Shown: piece by piece, positions 1-8,055 of the stretch
Layout of the letters: the number at the start of each line of letters is the position of its first letter
How positions within the stretch are numbered: the first letter of the stretch is position 1
From: Deltaproteobacteria bacterium
GTDB taxonomy: Bacteria > Desulfobacterota > Binatia > UBA12015
NCBI GenBank assembly: GCA_009885395.1
Contig: VFKT01000347.1
Location: forward strand, 1 to 35,607
DNA length: 35,607 nucleotides
Direction: 5' to 3'
The notes under the pieces: model-generated
Seen by the model: only the letters and a program-made list of their open reading frames with translations
The model's database searches: none
Told to the model about the DNA's origin: nothing
Program-made: the position numbers and the translations under genes

Positions 1-583
1 CGAGGTTCTCGCACTCACGCATCGGCCGGCGGGCGTCGAACGAGTTCTGCGGCAACCGTGCGAAACGCCGGTTGTGGTCCGCCTTGAACTCCGGCAGGTA
101 CGCTTGGCCGGCGGCCATGTCGTTGATCCCGCGCAGCCGCAGTTCTTTCACCAAGCGGTCCTGCAGCGTGCGGTTGGCGCGCTCAACGCGCCCCTTGGCC
201 TGCGGAGAGTTGGCGCAGATCATCTCGATGTTGAGACGCGTTGATCGCGCGGCCGAACTGCGAAAGGCCCGTTCCACCTGCTGCATTCTCGCCCCCGGCG
301 ACGCGAAAGACGCTCAATTTGTCATTGTAGAATGCGACCGGCTTGCCATGTTGCTCCAGGCACGAGCGCGTCGACGCAAAGTAGTCGTAGGTTGATTCCG
401 ATTTAGCGAACCGAAGCTCCTCGAGCTTGCTGGTCGCGTCGTCGATGTAGACGAGCAGGGTGCAGGCAGGGCCACGATCCTCCAACCAGGCGTGCCGGCT
501 ACCGTCGATCTGGACGAGTTGACCGGCGCCGCGCGCGGCGCTCGCGAGGCTGGTAGGTCCGCCGCGCGCGGTGCTCGCGAGGC
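1..583 (-). pseudogene. ISNCY-like DDE transposase remnant (integrase-core), two frameshifts, 5'-truncated, runs off window start
   Basis: Joined across +1 shifts near 525 and 236 the minus strand reads YQPRERRARR/GQLVQIDGSRHAWLEDRGPACTLLVYIDDATSKL...YNDKLSVF...SQFGRA/LNIEMICANSPQAKGRVERANRTLQDRLVKELRLRGI, the motif string typical of ISNCY transposases. No start codon or terminal repeat seen. Confidence 0.85.
527..583. repeat. 24-bp imperfect direct repeat, period 33
   Basis: cgccgcgcgcggcgctcgcgaggc (527-550) vs cgccgcgcgcggtgctcgcgaggc (560-583), 1 mismatch; lies at the break point of the transposase remnant. Confidence 0.8.
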
Positions 584-709
584 CTCGAAGTCGGCGATTG
601 GACGACGCGACGCGACCTTTTCGACCACCTGCTCGAATCGTTCGTGGTGCAGCAGCTCATCGCCCAGGCCGGACGGACCGACCCGGACCTGCGGTTCTGG
701 CACTATCGC
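581..709 (+). pseudogene. Internal fragment of an AAA+ ATPase / DUF4143 gene
   Basis: Frame from 581 reads GLEVGDWTTRRDLFDHLLESFVVQQLIAQAGRTDPDLRFWHYR, resembling the G-x-L-x-E-x-F-V...L...H-x-R segment of DUF4143 proteins; the expected downstream E-V-D motif is missing. Not in the supplied ORF track. Confidence 0.55.
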
Positions 710-872
710 TCCCGACCGCGGACCCCCGCATCCTCGCCGTGCCTCTTTCGGAACTGTGGAGACAATGACAGGGAAGCACGATAGGCTCTCGCCAGCCCGG
801 CTGTAATCGGAAAATGGGCGACGGCAAGCGGTGCCCTCGGGAGGTCGCGCGTCCGCGTCTGAGGGCCTGCGA

Positions 873-1967
873 TCAGGCGTGTGAGTGCGCCGCGGGTCGG
901 TCGGCCCCGGCGAGGCCAAGATCCCGGCTCAGCGTGCGGGCCAACTCGCGGAAGCGCAGCGCCGCCGGGCTGGCCGGGTCACTCGCAACAATGGGCGTGC
1001 CTTCGTCGCCGCGGGCACCGATCGCAGGAATCAACGGGATGCTGCCGAGATAGGGCAGCGAGAGCTCGGCGGCGAGGCGCTGGCCGCCGCCCCTACCAAA
1101 AATCGCCGTTTCGTGGTCGCAATGCGGGCAGACGTAGCCACTCATATTTTCGAGCACGCCCAACACCGGAACCTTCATCTGCTGGAACATTTTCATGCCG
1201 CGCCGAACGTCAGCCAGCGCGACTTCTTGCGGTGTGGTGACGATCAGGCCGCCGTCCATTTCGATCTGCTGCGCGAGCGTGAGTTGCACGTCTCCCGTCC
1301 CTGGAGGCAAGTCAAGTACCAGCACGTCGAGATCCCCCCATTCGACGTTGAAGAGAAATTCGCGCACCAGTTTGGTCACCATCGGGCCGCGCCAGATCAC
1401 GGCCTGTTCGCGTTCAACAAAAAGACCCATTGACACCATCGATATACCGTGCGCGAGCACCGGCACGATGCGTTTTTCTGCCGTGACCTGGGTTCGGCTT
1501 CCCTCGACGCCGAGCAGCAGCGTGGTGCTTGGCCCGTAGACATCGGCATCGAGCAGGCCGGCACGCAGGCCTTCCGCCGCCAGTGCCAGTGCAATATTGG
1601 ACGCGACGGTCGATTTGCCGACGCCACCCTTGCCGCTCGCCACCGCGAGGATGGTGCGGACGCCGGGAATCCGTTTATGCGGGCTGTGCTGAGGCGCTTC
1701 GGCGCGCGCCGCGGCGGGGTTTCCAGCGGCCGCCACCTCGACGATTTCCAGCGGCGGCAAGCCCGGAATTTCGCGCAGCCTGGCTTCGATCTCGGGCCGG
1801 ATGCGCTCGAGCAGGTCTGGCACACCCTGCGGCGGGGCCAGGACGATGCGAGTGCGGTCGCTCTCGACGACCACCTCGCGCACCACACCGAAGGACACGA
1901 TATCCCGCGAAAATCCGGGGAACTTGATCTGTCGGAGTGCGGCTTGGACATCTTCGAGGTGTGGCAT
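873..1967 (-). CDS. mrp: Mrp/NBP35 (ApbC) Fe-S cluster carrier ATPase
   Basis: N-terminal FeS-assembly-like domain (PGFSRDIVSFG), deviant Walker A ASGKGGVGKS, DADVYGP, WRGPM, DLPPGTGD, ENMS, CPHC. Start set at MPHLED (1967); the upstream in-frame extension is not protein-like. Confidence 0.95.
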   Translation of the reverse strand: MPHLEDVQAALRQIKFPGFSRDIVSFGVVREVVVESDRTRIVLAPPQGVPDLLERIRPEIEARLREIPGLPPLEIVEVAAAGNPAAARAEAPQHSPHKRIPGVRTILAVASGKGGVGKSTVASNIALALAAEGLRAGLLDADVYGPSTTLLLGVEGSRTQVTAEKRIVPVLAHGISMVSMGLFVEREQAVIWRGPMVTKLVREFLFNVEWGDLDVLVLDLPPGTGDVQLTLAQQIEMDGGLIVTTPQEVALADVRRGMKMFQQMKVPVLGVLENMSGYVCPHCDHETAIFGRGGGQRLAAELSLPYLGSIPLIPAIGARGDEGTPIVASDPASPAALRFRELARTLSRDLGLAGADRPAAHSHA

Positions 1968-2221
1968 CGGCGGGAACCCTAGCCGACGCCCCCGGCGACC
2001 TCGACCCAGACCCGTTCGACCGGGAAGGGCAGGAGACCGAGGCCCCAACTGGCGGTGGGTGAGCGTCGGTGCCGGCCGACCCTTCTGCGTGGGTGCGAAC
2101 TCGTCCCCCGGGGCCGTGCTGGTACCGCGGAAGCCTCGGCGACGGTCGACCTGCGTCGCAACCGCATCACGGAGCGGCGAAGACTTAACGCAGGCCGCAT
2201 CCCGAGTGCTGGCGCGCCTGC

Positions 2222-2238
2222 GAAAACAGGCTGTTTTC
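2222..2238. promoter_or_regulatory. Perfect 8-1-8 inverted repeat, candidate operator
   Basis: GAAAACAG-G-CTGTTTTC, about 15 bp upstream of the sigma-54 motif, in the divergent mrp/XRE region. Confidence 0.5.
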
Positions 2239-2252
2239 CCGGGCCTTTGCGC

Positions 2253-2268
2253 TGGCACCGTCTTTGCT
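2253..2268 (+). promoter_or_regulatory. Sigma-54 (-24/-12) promoter
   Basis: TGGCAC-CGTCT-TTGCT matches TGGCAC-N5-TTGCW with GG-N10-GC spacing; predicted start near 2279, right at the first leader hairpin. Confidence 0.75.
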
Positions 2269-2418
2269 GCTGCGGTCTATCGGGTCGTTCGCGACTCGGA
2301 CTGTCGCAGAAGGCGGCGGTCGAAATGAGGTTGGCCCCGGACGGGTTTCCGTCCGTGCGTCCTGCGGCGCGATTGGGCTTGGGTGGTGGGCAGACGCACG
2401 GACCGGAGGAAAAACGTG

Positions 2419-2682
2419 ATGATGACAGATGAATTATCGGGCAACGAAATCAAATCGCTTCGCAAAAGCTTGGGCCTCACCCAGGAAGAGTTCGCGCATG
2501 CGGTTGCCGTGACCTTCTCGACGGTGAATCGCTGGGAAAACGGCCATGCCAAGCCGAGCAAGCTGGCACGTCGGGCGATCGAATCGGTTTCGGCCCGCCG
2601 CACGGTTTCGCGTTCCGCCGCGGCCGATAGCGGCCACTCGATCGACGAACTCTCGCGCTACGGCTCGTTGCAGCACGCTTGA
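2419..2682 (+). CDS. Small XRE/Cro-C1 helix-turn-helix protein
   Basis: IKSLRKSLGLTQEEFAHAVAVTFSTVNRWENGHAKP is a canonical HTH_3 pattern; GGAGG SD at 2405-2409 (alternative starts 2416/2422). Confidence 0.9.
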   Translation: MMTDELSGNEIKSLRKSLGLTQEEFAHAVAVTFSTVNRWENGHAKPSKLARRAIESVSARRTVSRSAAADSGHSIDELSRYGSLQHA

Positions 2683-2689
2683 AGACGGA

Positions 2690-2720
2690 CGGGGGCTTGC
2701 GTTGCAGCGCAAGTCCCCGC
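2690..2720 (+). terminator. Hairpin after XRE gene (possible terminator/stabiliser)
   Basis: GGGGGCTTGCG...CGCAAGTCCCC stem just after the stop; no U-tract. Confidence 0.4.
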
Positions 2721-2864
2721 TCCTCGAAGGGGGGCCTTCGACCAAAGACCTGCCGAGGACGATTGGCGCGGCGTCGGTGGATGGCACCCGGCGTGCGTCG
2801 GGGGGCGTGCCTCGGCTACACCTCAGGGACGATCAACGCGGGCCCATCCCCACGTTCGCGACTT

Positions 2865-4118
2865 TTGGCTCCGGCCAGTTGCGATACTCTCGTGGCGCTT
2901 GGCCCCGCCACGCGCCGCGGCCACGCGATCTTCGCCAAAAACAGTGATCGACCGCCTGGCGAATGCCAGCCGCTGGTCCTGATCGAGAGGGCGACGCATG
3001 CGAAAGGGGCTCGTGTCCGCTGCCAGTACCTCGATGTCGCGCAAGTCCGGCAAACGCATCGCGTCCTCGGTTCGAGCCCGGTCTGGCTCTGGGGCTTCGA
3101 GCACGGACTGAACGAGCACGGCGTCGCGATCGGCAACGAGACCATCTTCACGCACGAGGCCCCCGCCGCGACGGGCCTCCTTGGCATGGACCTCGTCCGG
3201 TTTGGCCTCGAACGTGGGGCCACCGCGGCCGAAGCGTGTCAGGCGATCATCGAATTGATCGAAACCCACGGCCAGGGCGGCTCCGGTTGGCGCGAATTCC
3301 CCTTCGCTTACAACAGTTCGTTTCTGCTCGCCGACCCGGGCGAAGGCTGGATCCTCGAAGCCGCCGGTCGTCGTTGGGCAGCGCGACGTGTGCACGAGGT
3401 CGATTCGATCTCGAACCAGGTGACGATTGCCGCGGATTGGCAGCGCCTTTCCCGCGATGCCATCGCGCATGCCCGCGATCTTCCCGGAGAGGTGCGCGAG
3501 CCTTTCGATTTCGAGGCGGCCTACCGCGATGCCACGACGATCACCCCGGCACTTGCGGCCGGTCGGCTGCGTTGCTCGCGTTCGTTGTTGGCGGCCGGGC
3601 GTGGCGACCACGATCCGTTTTCGATGCGTCGCCTTCTGCGCGACCATGACGGGCACGGCGAGCGTTTCCGCCCGGTGGAATCGCACGAAGACGAGCAGTT
3701 CTACACTCTCTGCATGCACCAGGGGTTGAGCCGCACCACCGCGGCCATGCTGGCCGAACTCGAGGCGGTGCCAACGGGACCGCGGCTCGCCTGGATCGCC
3801 TTCGGTCGGCCGTGTGCCTCGGTTTTTTTGCCCGTGTTTGTTGGCCCGACGCTGCCGGCCGTTTTGACCGAGGGGACGGTTGAGGAGGGGGCCTCGCTGT
3901 GGTGGGATTTCGAGCGACTTGGTGCCGCGGTCGATGCCTCGCCCGATTGCATTGAGGCTTTGCGCGCTGCGCTCGACCCGCTTCAGGTGGCAATCGATGT
4001 GGCGCTTGAAAACGCCCTAAGGGCGGGTCTGAGCGAAGATGTCGCGTTCGAGCTTTCGGCAGCGCTGGCTGAACGTGCCGCCGTCGCGGTGCGCGCCGCT
4101 AGGACTTTGCTGGGCTGA
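2865..4118 (+). CDS. Secernin-like / peptidase C69 family Ntn hydrolase
   Basis: SCDTLVAL...IFAKNSDRP...QPL, WLWGFEHGLNEHGVAIGNE, GLLGMDLVRFGLERG, YNSSFLLAD, SISN, LCMH. Start uncertain; TTG at 2865 gives MAPASCDT. Confidence 0.85.
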   Translation: MAPASCDTLVALGPATRRGHAIFAKNSDRPPGECQPLVLIERATHAKGARVRCQYLDVAQVRQTHRVLGSSPVWLWGFEHGLNEHGVAIGNETIFTHEAPAATGLLGMDLVRFGLERGATAAEACQAIIELIETHGQGGSGWREFPFAYNSSFLLADPGEGWILEAAGRRWAARRVHEVDSISNQVTIAADWQRLSRDAIAHARDLPGEVREPFDFEAAYRDATTITPALAAGRLRCSRSLLAAGRGDHDPFSMRRLLRDHDGHGERFRPVESHEDEQFYTLCMHQGLSRTTAAMLAELEAVPTGPRLAWIAFGRPCASVFLPVFVGPTLPAVLTEGTVEEGASLWWDFERLGAAVDASPDCIEALRAALDPLQVAIDVALENALRAGLSEDVAFELSAALAERAAVAVRAARTLLG

Positions 4119-4174
4119 GTTCGCTGGCCGGCCCGGTTCCGAACGCAGGCTCTCGCCTCTGGCTGACCTCGGGC

Positions 4175-4230
4175 CCGGCGTCGCGCCGAAGTGCGGGCAA
4201 TCCAGATCGCCGCACTCCGGCGCGCGCCGG
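4175..4230. terminator. Long hairpin between convergent genes
   Basis: ccggcgtcgcgccgaagtgcgg pairs with ccgcactccggcgcgcgccgg (about 20 bp stem, few defects). Confidence 0.55.
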
Positions 4231-4274
4231 AACCGTCCTGCTGTTGCTGAAATGGGTCGAACTTCATCACGCGC

Positions 4275-4514
4275 TCAAGCCGCCTTGCGCGTCGCGATGA
4301 CCTCGGTCGCCTCGGGGTCGACCAGAAACGACTCCATCGGCTGCCCGGAGTAGCGGGCGATCCGGAAGAGCACGTCGGTCGTGGGGACACGCCCATTCAG
4401 ATAGTTGTAGACGGCCGAGAGGCTCAAGCCCACGTCGTAGGCAAAGGCTTTGGGCTCGTCGCGGATGATTTCCCTCATTTTCCGGGTGAACACGCCTGGG
4501 TCAATGTTCTGCAT
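4275..4514 (-). CDS. Small XRE-like HTH regulator (79 aa)
   Basis: KAFAYDVGLSLSAVYNYLNGRVPTTDVLFRIARY resembles XRE helices; strong AAAGGAG SD before ATG at 4514. Confidence 0.8.
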   Translation of the reverse strand: MQNIDPGVFTRKMREIIRDEPKAFAYDVGLSLSAVYNYLNGRVPTTDVLFRIARYSGQPMESFLVDPEATEVIATRKAA

Positions 4515-4569
4515 GATCGATTCTCCTTTCTTGCCGGCAACCGGCCGGCTACCGGGTTGTTGATCGACG

Positions 4570-4611
4570 AAAACGAAAAAAGGCCGCCGAGCTTTCGCCC
4601 GGTGGCCTTCC
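4570..4611 (-). terminator. Intrinsic terminator upstream of the HTH gene (attenuator)
   Basis: Minus strand GGCCACCGGGC-GAAA-GCTCGGCGGCC followed by TTTTTTCGTTTT. Confidence 0.85.
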
Positions 4612-4682
4612 TTCGATCCGAGGATCGTTCCAGATCTGTTTGGTCTCAGCTCTGGAGGGTCCTCCTTTGGAAGCCACCGGGC
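4597..4682 (-). promoter_or_regulatory. Antiterminator helix competing with the terminator
   Basis: Minus-strand GCCCGGTGGCTTCC (4682-4669) is complementary to GGAAGGCCACCGGGC (4611-4597), the whole 5' arm of the terminator; 14 bp with one bulge. Confidence 0.7.
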
Positions 4683-4831
4683 ATCCGGCCCGAGTCGACT
4701 TTGCGCGTCATCCACGCTTGGCGAATTCGGGTCCGAAGCGCCGGAACTACGACCGTACAGACGGCGAACGCATGTACCGGGCGCAGCTCACCCAGATGGG
4801 TGCTGGCGGTCTGTGTTGCGTTCGTCGTCAT
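4646..4831 (-). CDS. Putative leader peptide (61 aa)
   Basis: GGAGAG SD before ATG; MTTNATQTAST...AVCTVVVP...MPGGFQRRTLQS; codons 51-54 overlap the antiterminator arm; stop lies about 35 nt before the terminator. Confidence 0.5.
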   Translation of the reverse strand: MTTNATQTASTHLGELRPVHAFAVCTVVVPALRTRIRQAWMTRKVDSGRMPGGFQRRTLQS

Positions 4832-4941
4832 GCGGGACTCTCCGTTGCCTTGAGGACTGTCTTTCCACAGCCGCCAGGCTTGCGCAAGGCAGGGGTTTCC
4901 ACGTTCGTGGTCGGGGCTATCCGGCTTGAGGAAGGGCCCCT

Positions 4942-7089
4942 TCAGCCGGGATCGGCGCCCATCTCTGTCGTGATCTTTTCGATCGATTCCATCAGTTCGG
5001 TCCAGCGATCGACTGCGGTCTTGAGGTCGCGGTTCGTCCAGGCGTGGGAGGTCCCGAGCTCGGCCGGGGAGGTGCTCGCATGGGCGGCGGGGTCGGCCAG
5101 TTGGGCTTCGAGGGCGGCCTGCTCGGTCTCGAGCCTTTTGACCTCGCGTTCGGTCTGCTCCAGATCCCGGCGCAAATCGCGGGTGCGGCGGGAGAGTTCG
5201 TTACGGCGTTCCGCCTCGAGACGCTTGCCCTCACGGCGGGCGCTTTTCGAGAGATCTGGTGCGGGTTGTTTGACCGTCGGCGGGGTGGCGCCTGCGGGCG
5301 CAGTTCTTGCCGTCGAAGGTCGCGCGGCAGAAGCGAGCGTGGCTTTTGTCGTCAAGAACCGGGTTATCGGCTGGGGCGCGGCCTTTGCCGTCGAAGGTCG
5401 CGCGGCAGGCCGGGCCGTGGCTTTCGCCGTCGAGGGTCGGGCAGCAGGCGTTTCCGCGGCTTCCTCCGCCCGTTTGCGTTGCGCCCACTCGTAGGACTCC
5501 CAATCGCCGCGGTGGTCTTCGACCCCGGCGTGGTCGACCCGAATCACCCGGGACGCCAGCGTGCGGACGAAATGAAGATCATGGCTGACGAAGCAGAGAG
5601 TGCCTTCGTAGATTTTCAGCGCGTTGACGAGTGCATCGACCGAATCGACGTCGAGATGGATGGTCGGTTCGTCCATCAAGAAAACGCTGGGCGGATCAAG
5701 CAAGAGGAGAGCGAGCGCGAGCCTGGATTTCTCTCCCCCGCTCAAAACCGAAACCGGTTTCTGGACGTCATCACCGCGGAAGAGAAAGGCACCCAGCAGT
5801 GTTCGGAGTGCCGTCTCGCCGATCGACGCCCCAACCTGATTGGCGTTCTGGATGACCGTACTGCCGAGGTCAAGCATTTCGGCGCGATGCTGGGTGTAGA
5901 GGGCGGTGCGCACGCCCATTCCGACGCGGCGATCGCCGGCATCGGGCAGGATGGTTCCGGCCAGCAGGCCGAGTAGCGTGGATTTGCCCGCGCCATTGGG
6001 CCCAACCAACGCAATCTTTTCGCCGCGTTCGACGACCAGATGGAAGTTCTCGTAAAGAGGTCGTCCATCCCAGGATTTCTCGATGCCATCGAGTTCCAGT
6101 GTCACGCGCGCTGTGCGTTTCGGCTGCGGGAAGCGGAAGCCAAGGGTGGGACCGGCGCGCTCGACTTCGATACGATCTTCCCGCCCGAGTGCCTTGATTC
6201 GGCTCTGTACCTGGCTGGCCTTGCTGGCCTTGGCCCGGAAGCGCTCGATGAACTTCTCGGTTTCGCGTCGCCGTCGCGTCTGTGCCCCGGCGGCCGCAGT
6301 CAGTTGGATGAGTCGCTCTTCGCGCTGGCGCCGGTAATCGGAATAGCCACCTCGGTAGCGCACCAATTTCCCGCGATCGACTTCCACGATCTGCGTGACG
6401 ACGGTGTCGAGAAAGCTGCGATCATGGCTGACCACCAACACGCAGCCGTCGAATCGTGCCAGATGGGCCTGCAACCAGAGGACGGCATCCAGATCGAGAT
6501 GGTTGGTCGGTTCGTCCAGCACAAGAATATCGGGCGGATCGGCGAGCAGGCGAGCGAGTGCGGCGCGCATGATCCAGCCACCTGAGAACGTCGAAAGCGG
6601 ACGGATCTCGTCGCCGGGTTCGAAACCCAGGCCCGCGAGCGCGCGCCGGGCACGGGCTTCGCGTTGGTGTCCGCCGTGATGACGGAGTTGGTCGTGCAAA
6701 GTTCCGAACTCGTCGGCGAGGCGATGCTGAAGCTCTTCGGCCTCTGGGCCGTGGCGATGCGAGGCGCGTTCGATTTCGGCCTCGACGCGCTCGATGCCGA
6801 GCAGCACGGCCGCGAGGTGCTCGCCCGGCTCAAGAGCCAAATCGAGCGGGGTGCGGTCCGACGAGGGAAGGGCCTCCTGTGGCAGGTAGCCGACCGAGGT
6901 GCCGCGGCTCAGGTTGACCGTCCCCTCATCCGCCCGATCGAGACCGAGCACGAGCCGCAGCAGCGTCGTTTTGCCGGCACCGTTGGGGCCGACGATACCG
7001 ATCCGCTCGTCGTCCGAGATCTCGATCGAAACATCGTCGAGCAGGCGACGGGCGCCTACTTGACGGGTGACACGGGCAAACGAAATCAC
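4942..7089 (-). CDS. ABC-F family ribosome-associated ATPase (YheS/Uup-like)
   Basis: Two NBDs (GPNGAGKTT, FSGGW, LDEPTNHLD; GPNGAGKST, LSGGEKSR, MDEPTIHLD), inter-domain linker KASKASQVQSRIK, C-terminal coiled coil, no TM segments. Confidence 0.95.
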   Translation of the reverse strand: MISFARVTRQVGARRLLDDVSIEISDDERIGIVGPNGAGKTTLLRLVLGLDRADEGTVNLSRGTSVGYLPQEALPSSDRTPLDLALEPGEHLAAVLLGIERVEAEIERASHRHGPEAEELQHRLADEFGTLHDQLRHHGGHQREARARRALAGLGFEPGDEIRPLSTFSGGWIMRAALARLLADPPDILVLDEPTNHLDLDAVLWLQAHLARFDGCVLVVSHDRSFLDTVVTQIVEVDRGKLVRYRGGYSDYRRQREERLIQLTAAAGAQTRRRRETEKFIERFRAKASKASQVQSRIKALGREDRIEVERAGPTLGFRFPQPKRTARVTLELDGIEKSWDGRPLYENFHLVVERGEKIALVGPNGAGKSTLLGLLAGTILPDAGDRRVGMGVRTALYTQHRAEMLDLGSTVIQNANQVGASIGETALRTLLGAFLFRGDDVQKPVSVLSGGEKSRLALALLLLDPPSVFLMDEPTIHLDVDSVDALVNALKIYEGTLCFVSHDLHFVRTLASRVIRVDHAGVEDHRGDWESYEWAQRKRAEEAAETPAARPSTAKATARPAARPSTAKAAPQPITRFLTTKATLASAARPSTARTAPAGATPPTVKQPAPDLSKSARREGKRLEAERRNELSRRTRDLRRDLEQTEREVKRLETEQAALEAQLADPAAHASTSPAELGTSHAWTNRDLKTAVDRWTELMESIEKITTEMGADPG
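5293..5448 (-). repeat. 39-bp (13-aa) in-frame tandem repeat x4 in ABC-F linker
   Basis: PAARPSTAKATAR / PAARPSTAKAAPQ / PITRFLTTKATLA / SAARPSTARTAPA; DNA cores at 5309, 5348, 5387, 5426. Confidence 0.85.
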
Positions 7090-7205
7090 GGCTCTCTCCT
7101 GGTGGTGGCGAGGGCACCCGAGGGCGACACGCCGGACACGTCTTCTGCTCGCCAGAGGCAGGCGCGGACCTTGACCTCTGGCACCGCAGTGAGCAGGCTT
7201 GGGCC

Positions 7206-7880
7206 ATGCTCAAGATGATCTTCTTCTGCCATCGGCGCCCCGATATCGAGCATGCCGAATACGCCCGGCGTGTGCTCGAGGACCATGTGCCGCTGGCGCT
7301 GCGGCACCATCCGACGATGCGCCATTATGTCGTCAATATCGTCGATCGGATCGAGATGGCGGGCTCGGCCGAAATCGATTCGGTGGCCGAGCTTTCGTTC
7401 GATTCGATGCAGGATTACCGCGAAAGGCTCTACGATTCGCCCGAGGGCCAGCGCCTGATCGGCGAGGACGTCGCCCGTTTCATGGGCTCGGCGGACGCCT
7501 ATGCCTGCGATGAGCAGGTCCATCTGGGCGACGATGCTGCTGCTGCCGGCCCGGGGTGCTTCAAGCTGCTGCTGGCGCTGACGCGCCACTCGGGCCTCAG
7601 CCATGAGGCTTTCGTCGAGCATTGGCGCACGCGCCATGCTCCGCTTGCTGTGGAACGTCATACGGGTCTGCTGAAGTACGTGACCAACAGCGTCGATTCA
7701 CGGCTCTCGCCCGGAGGCGAGGACTTCGACGGGATCGCGGAACTGCATTTCGCGTCTGAGGAGGCGTTTGTCGAGGAGCTCTACCGCTCCGACACCGGCT
7801 TGGCGCTGATTGAGGCCGATACGCGTGACTTTCTTGGCGCGATCCAGGGCTGGATCGTCTCGGAACACGTGATGAAGTAG
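7206..7880 (+). CDS. Tandem EthD-domain protein
   Basis: Two repeats of R...(F/Y)...H.PLA...Y..N...D.(V/I)AEL.F...D..RF pattern. Confidence 0.85.
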   Translation: MLKMIFFCHRRPDIEHAEYARRVLEDHVPLALRHHPTMRHYVVNIVDRIEMAGSAEIDSVAELSFDSMQDYRERLYDSPEGQRLIGEDVARFMGSADAYACDEQVHLGDDAAAAGPGCFKLLLALTRHSGLSHEAFVEHWRTRHAPLAVERHTGLLKYVTNSVDSRLSPGGEDFDGIAELHFASEEAFVEELYRSDTGLALIEADTRDFLGAIQGWIVSEHVMK

Positions 7881-7883
7881 GGC

Positions 7884-7947
7884 GGTGCGGGTTGCGAGGC
7901 GGGGCCGGGCGGTGCGGCACGGGTGCTGGTTGCGAGGCGTGGCCGGG
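7884..7947. repeat. 26-bp imperfect direct repeat, period 38
   Basis: ggtgcgggttgcgaggcggggccggg (7884-7909) vs ggtgctggttgcgaggcgtggccggg (7922-7947), 2 mismatches. Confidence 0.8.
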
Positions 7948-7970
7948 ATCGGACCGGGGCGGAGAAGGCA

Positions 7971-8055
7971 GGAAGATCGATGAGGTTCGGGGTGGCGTTG
8001 TCTGTGGGTGCGATCCCTGCGGGGGAAGATCGATGAAGTTCGATGTGGCGTTGTC
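7971..8055 (+). repeat. Duplicated translation-start region of the LLM gene, period 53
   Basis: ggaagatcgATGaggttcggggtggcgttgtc (7971-8002) vs ggaagatcgATGaagttcgatgtggcgttgtc (8024-8055), 3 mismatches. Confidence 0.85.

Noticed and set aside
1968-2258. N-terminal extension of Mrp (likewise 2679-2864, 7892-8032, 23320-23421, 25710-25823, 29315-29815, 29696-29965)
   Set aside because: Arg/Pro-rich non-homologous reads across promoter regions or neighbouring genes; better starts exist downstream.
2419-4514. Two XRE genes as prophage immunity region or TA antitoxins
   Set aside because: They are convergent, flank a hydrolase, and no phage, integrase or toxin gene is adjacent.
4608-4670. TPP riboswitch (minus strand has GCTGAGA, GATCTGGA, GAAGGAAG)
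   Set aside because: Lacks the CCTGAT...TAATGC...GCG.AGG arrangement and P2/P3 pairing; downstream gene is not thiamine-related. An Rfam scan would settle it.
4515-4715. 146-aa version of the HTH ORF
   Set aside because: The extension runs through the terminator and U-tract; a strong SD sits before ATG 4514.
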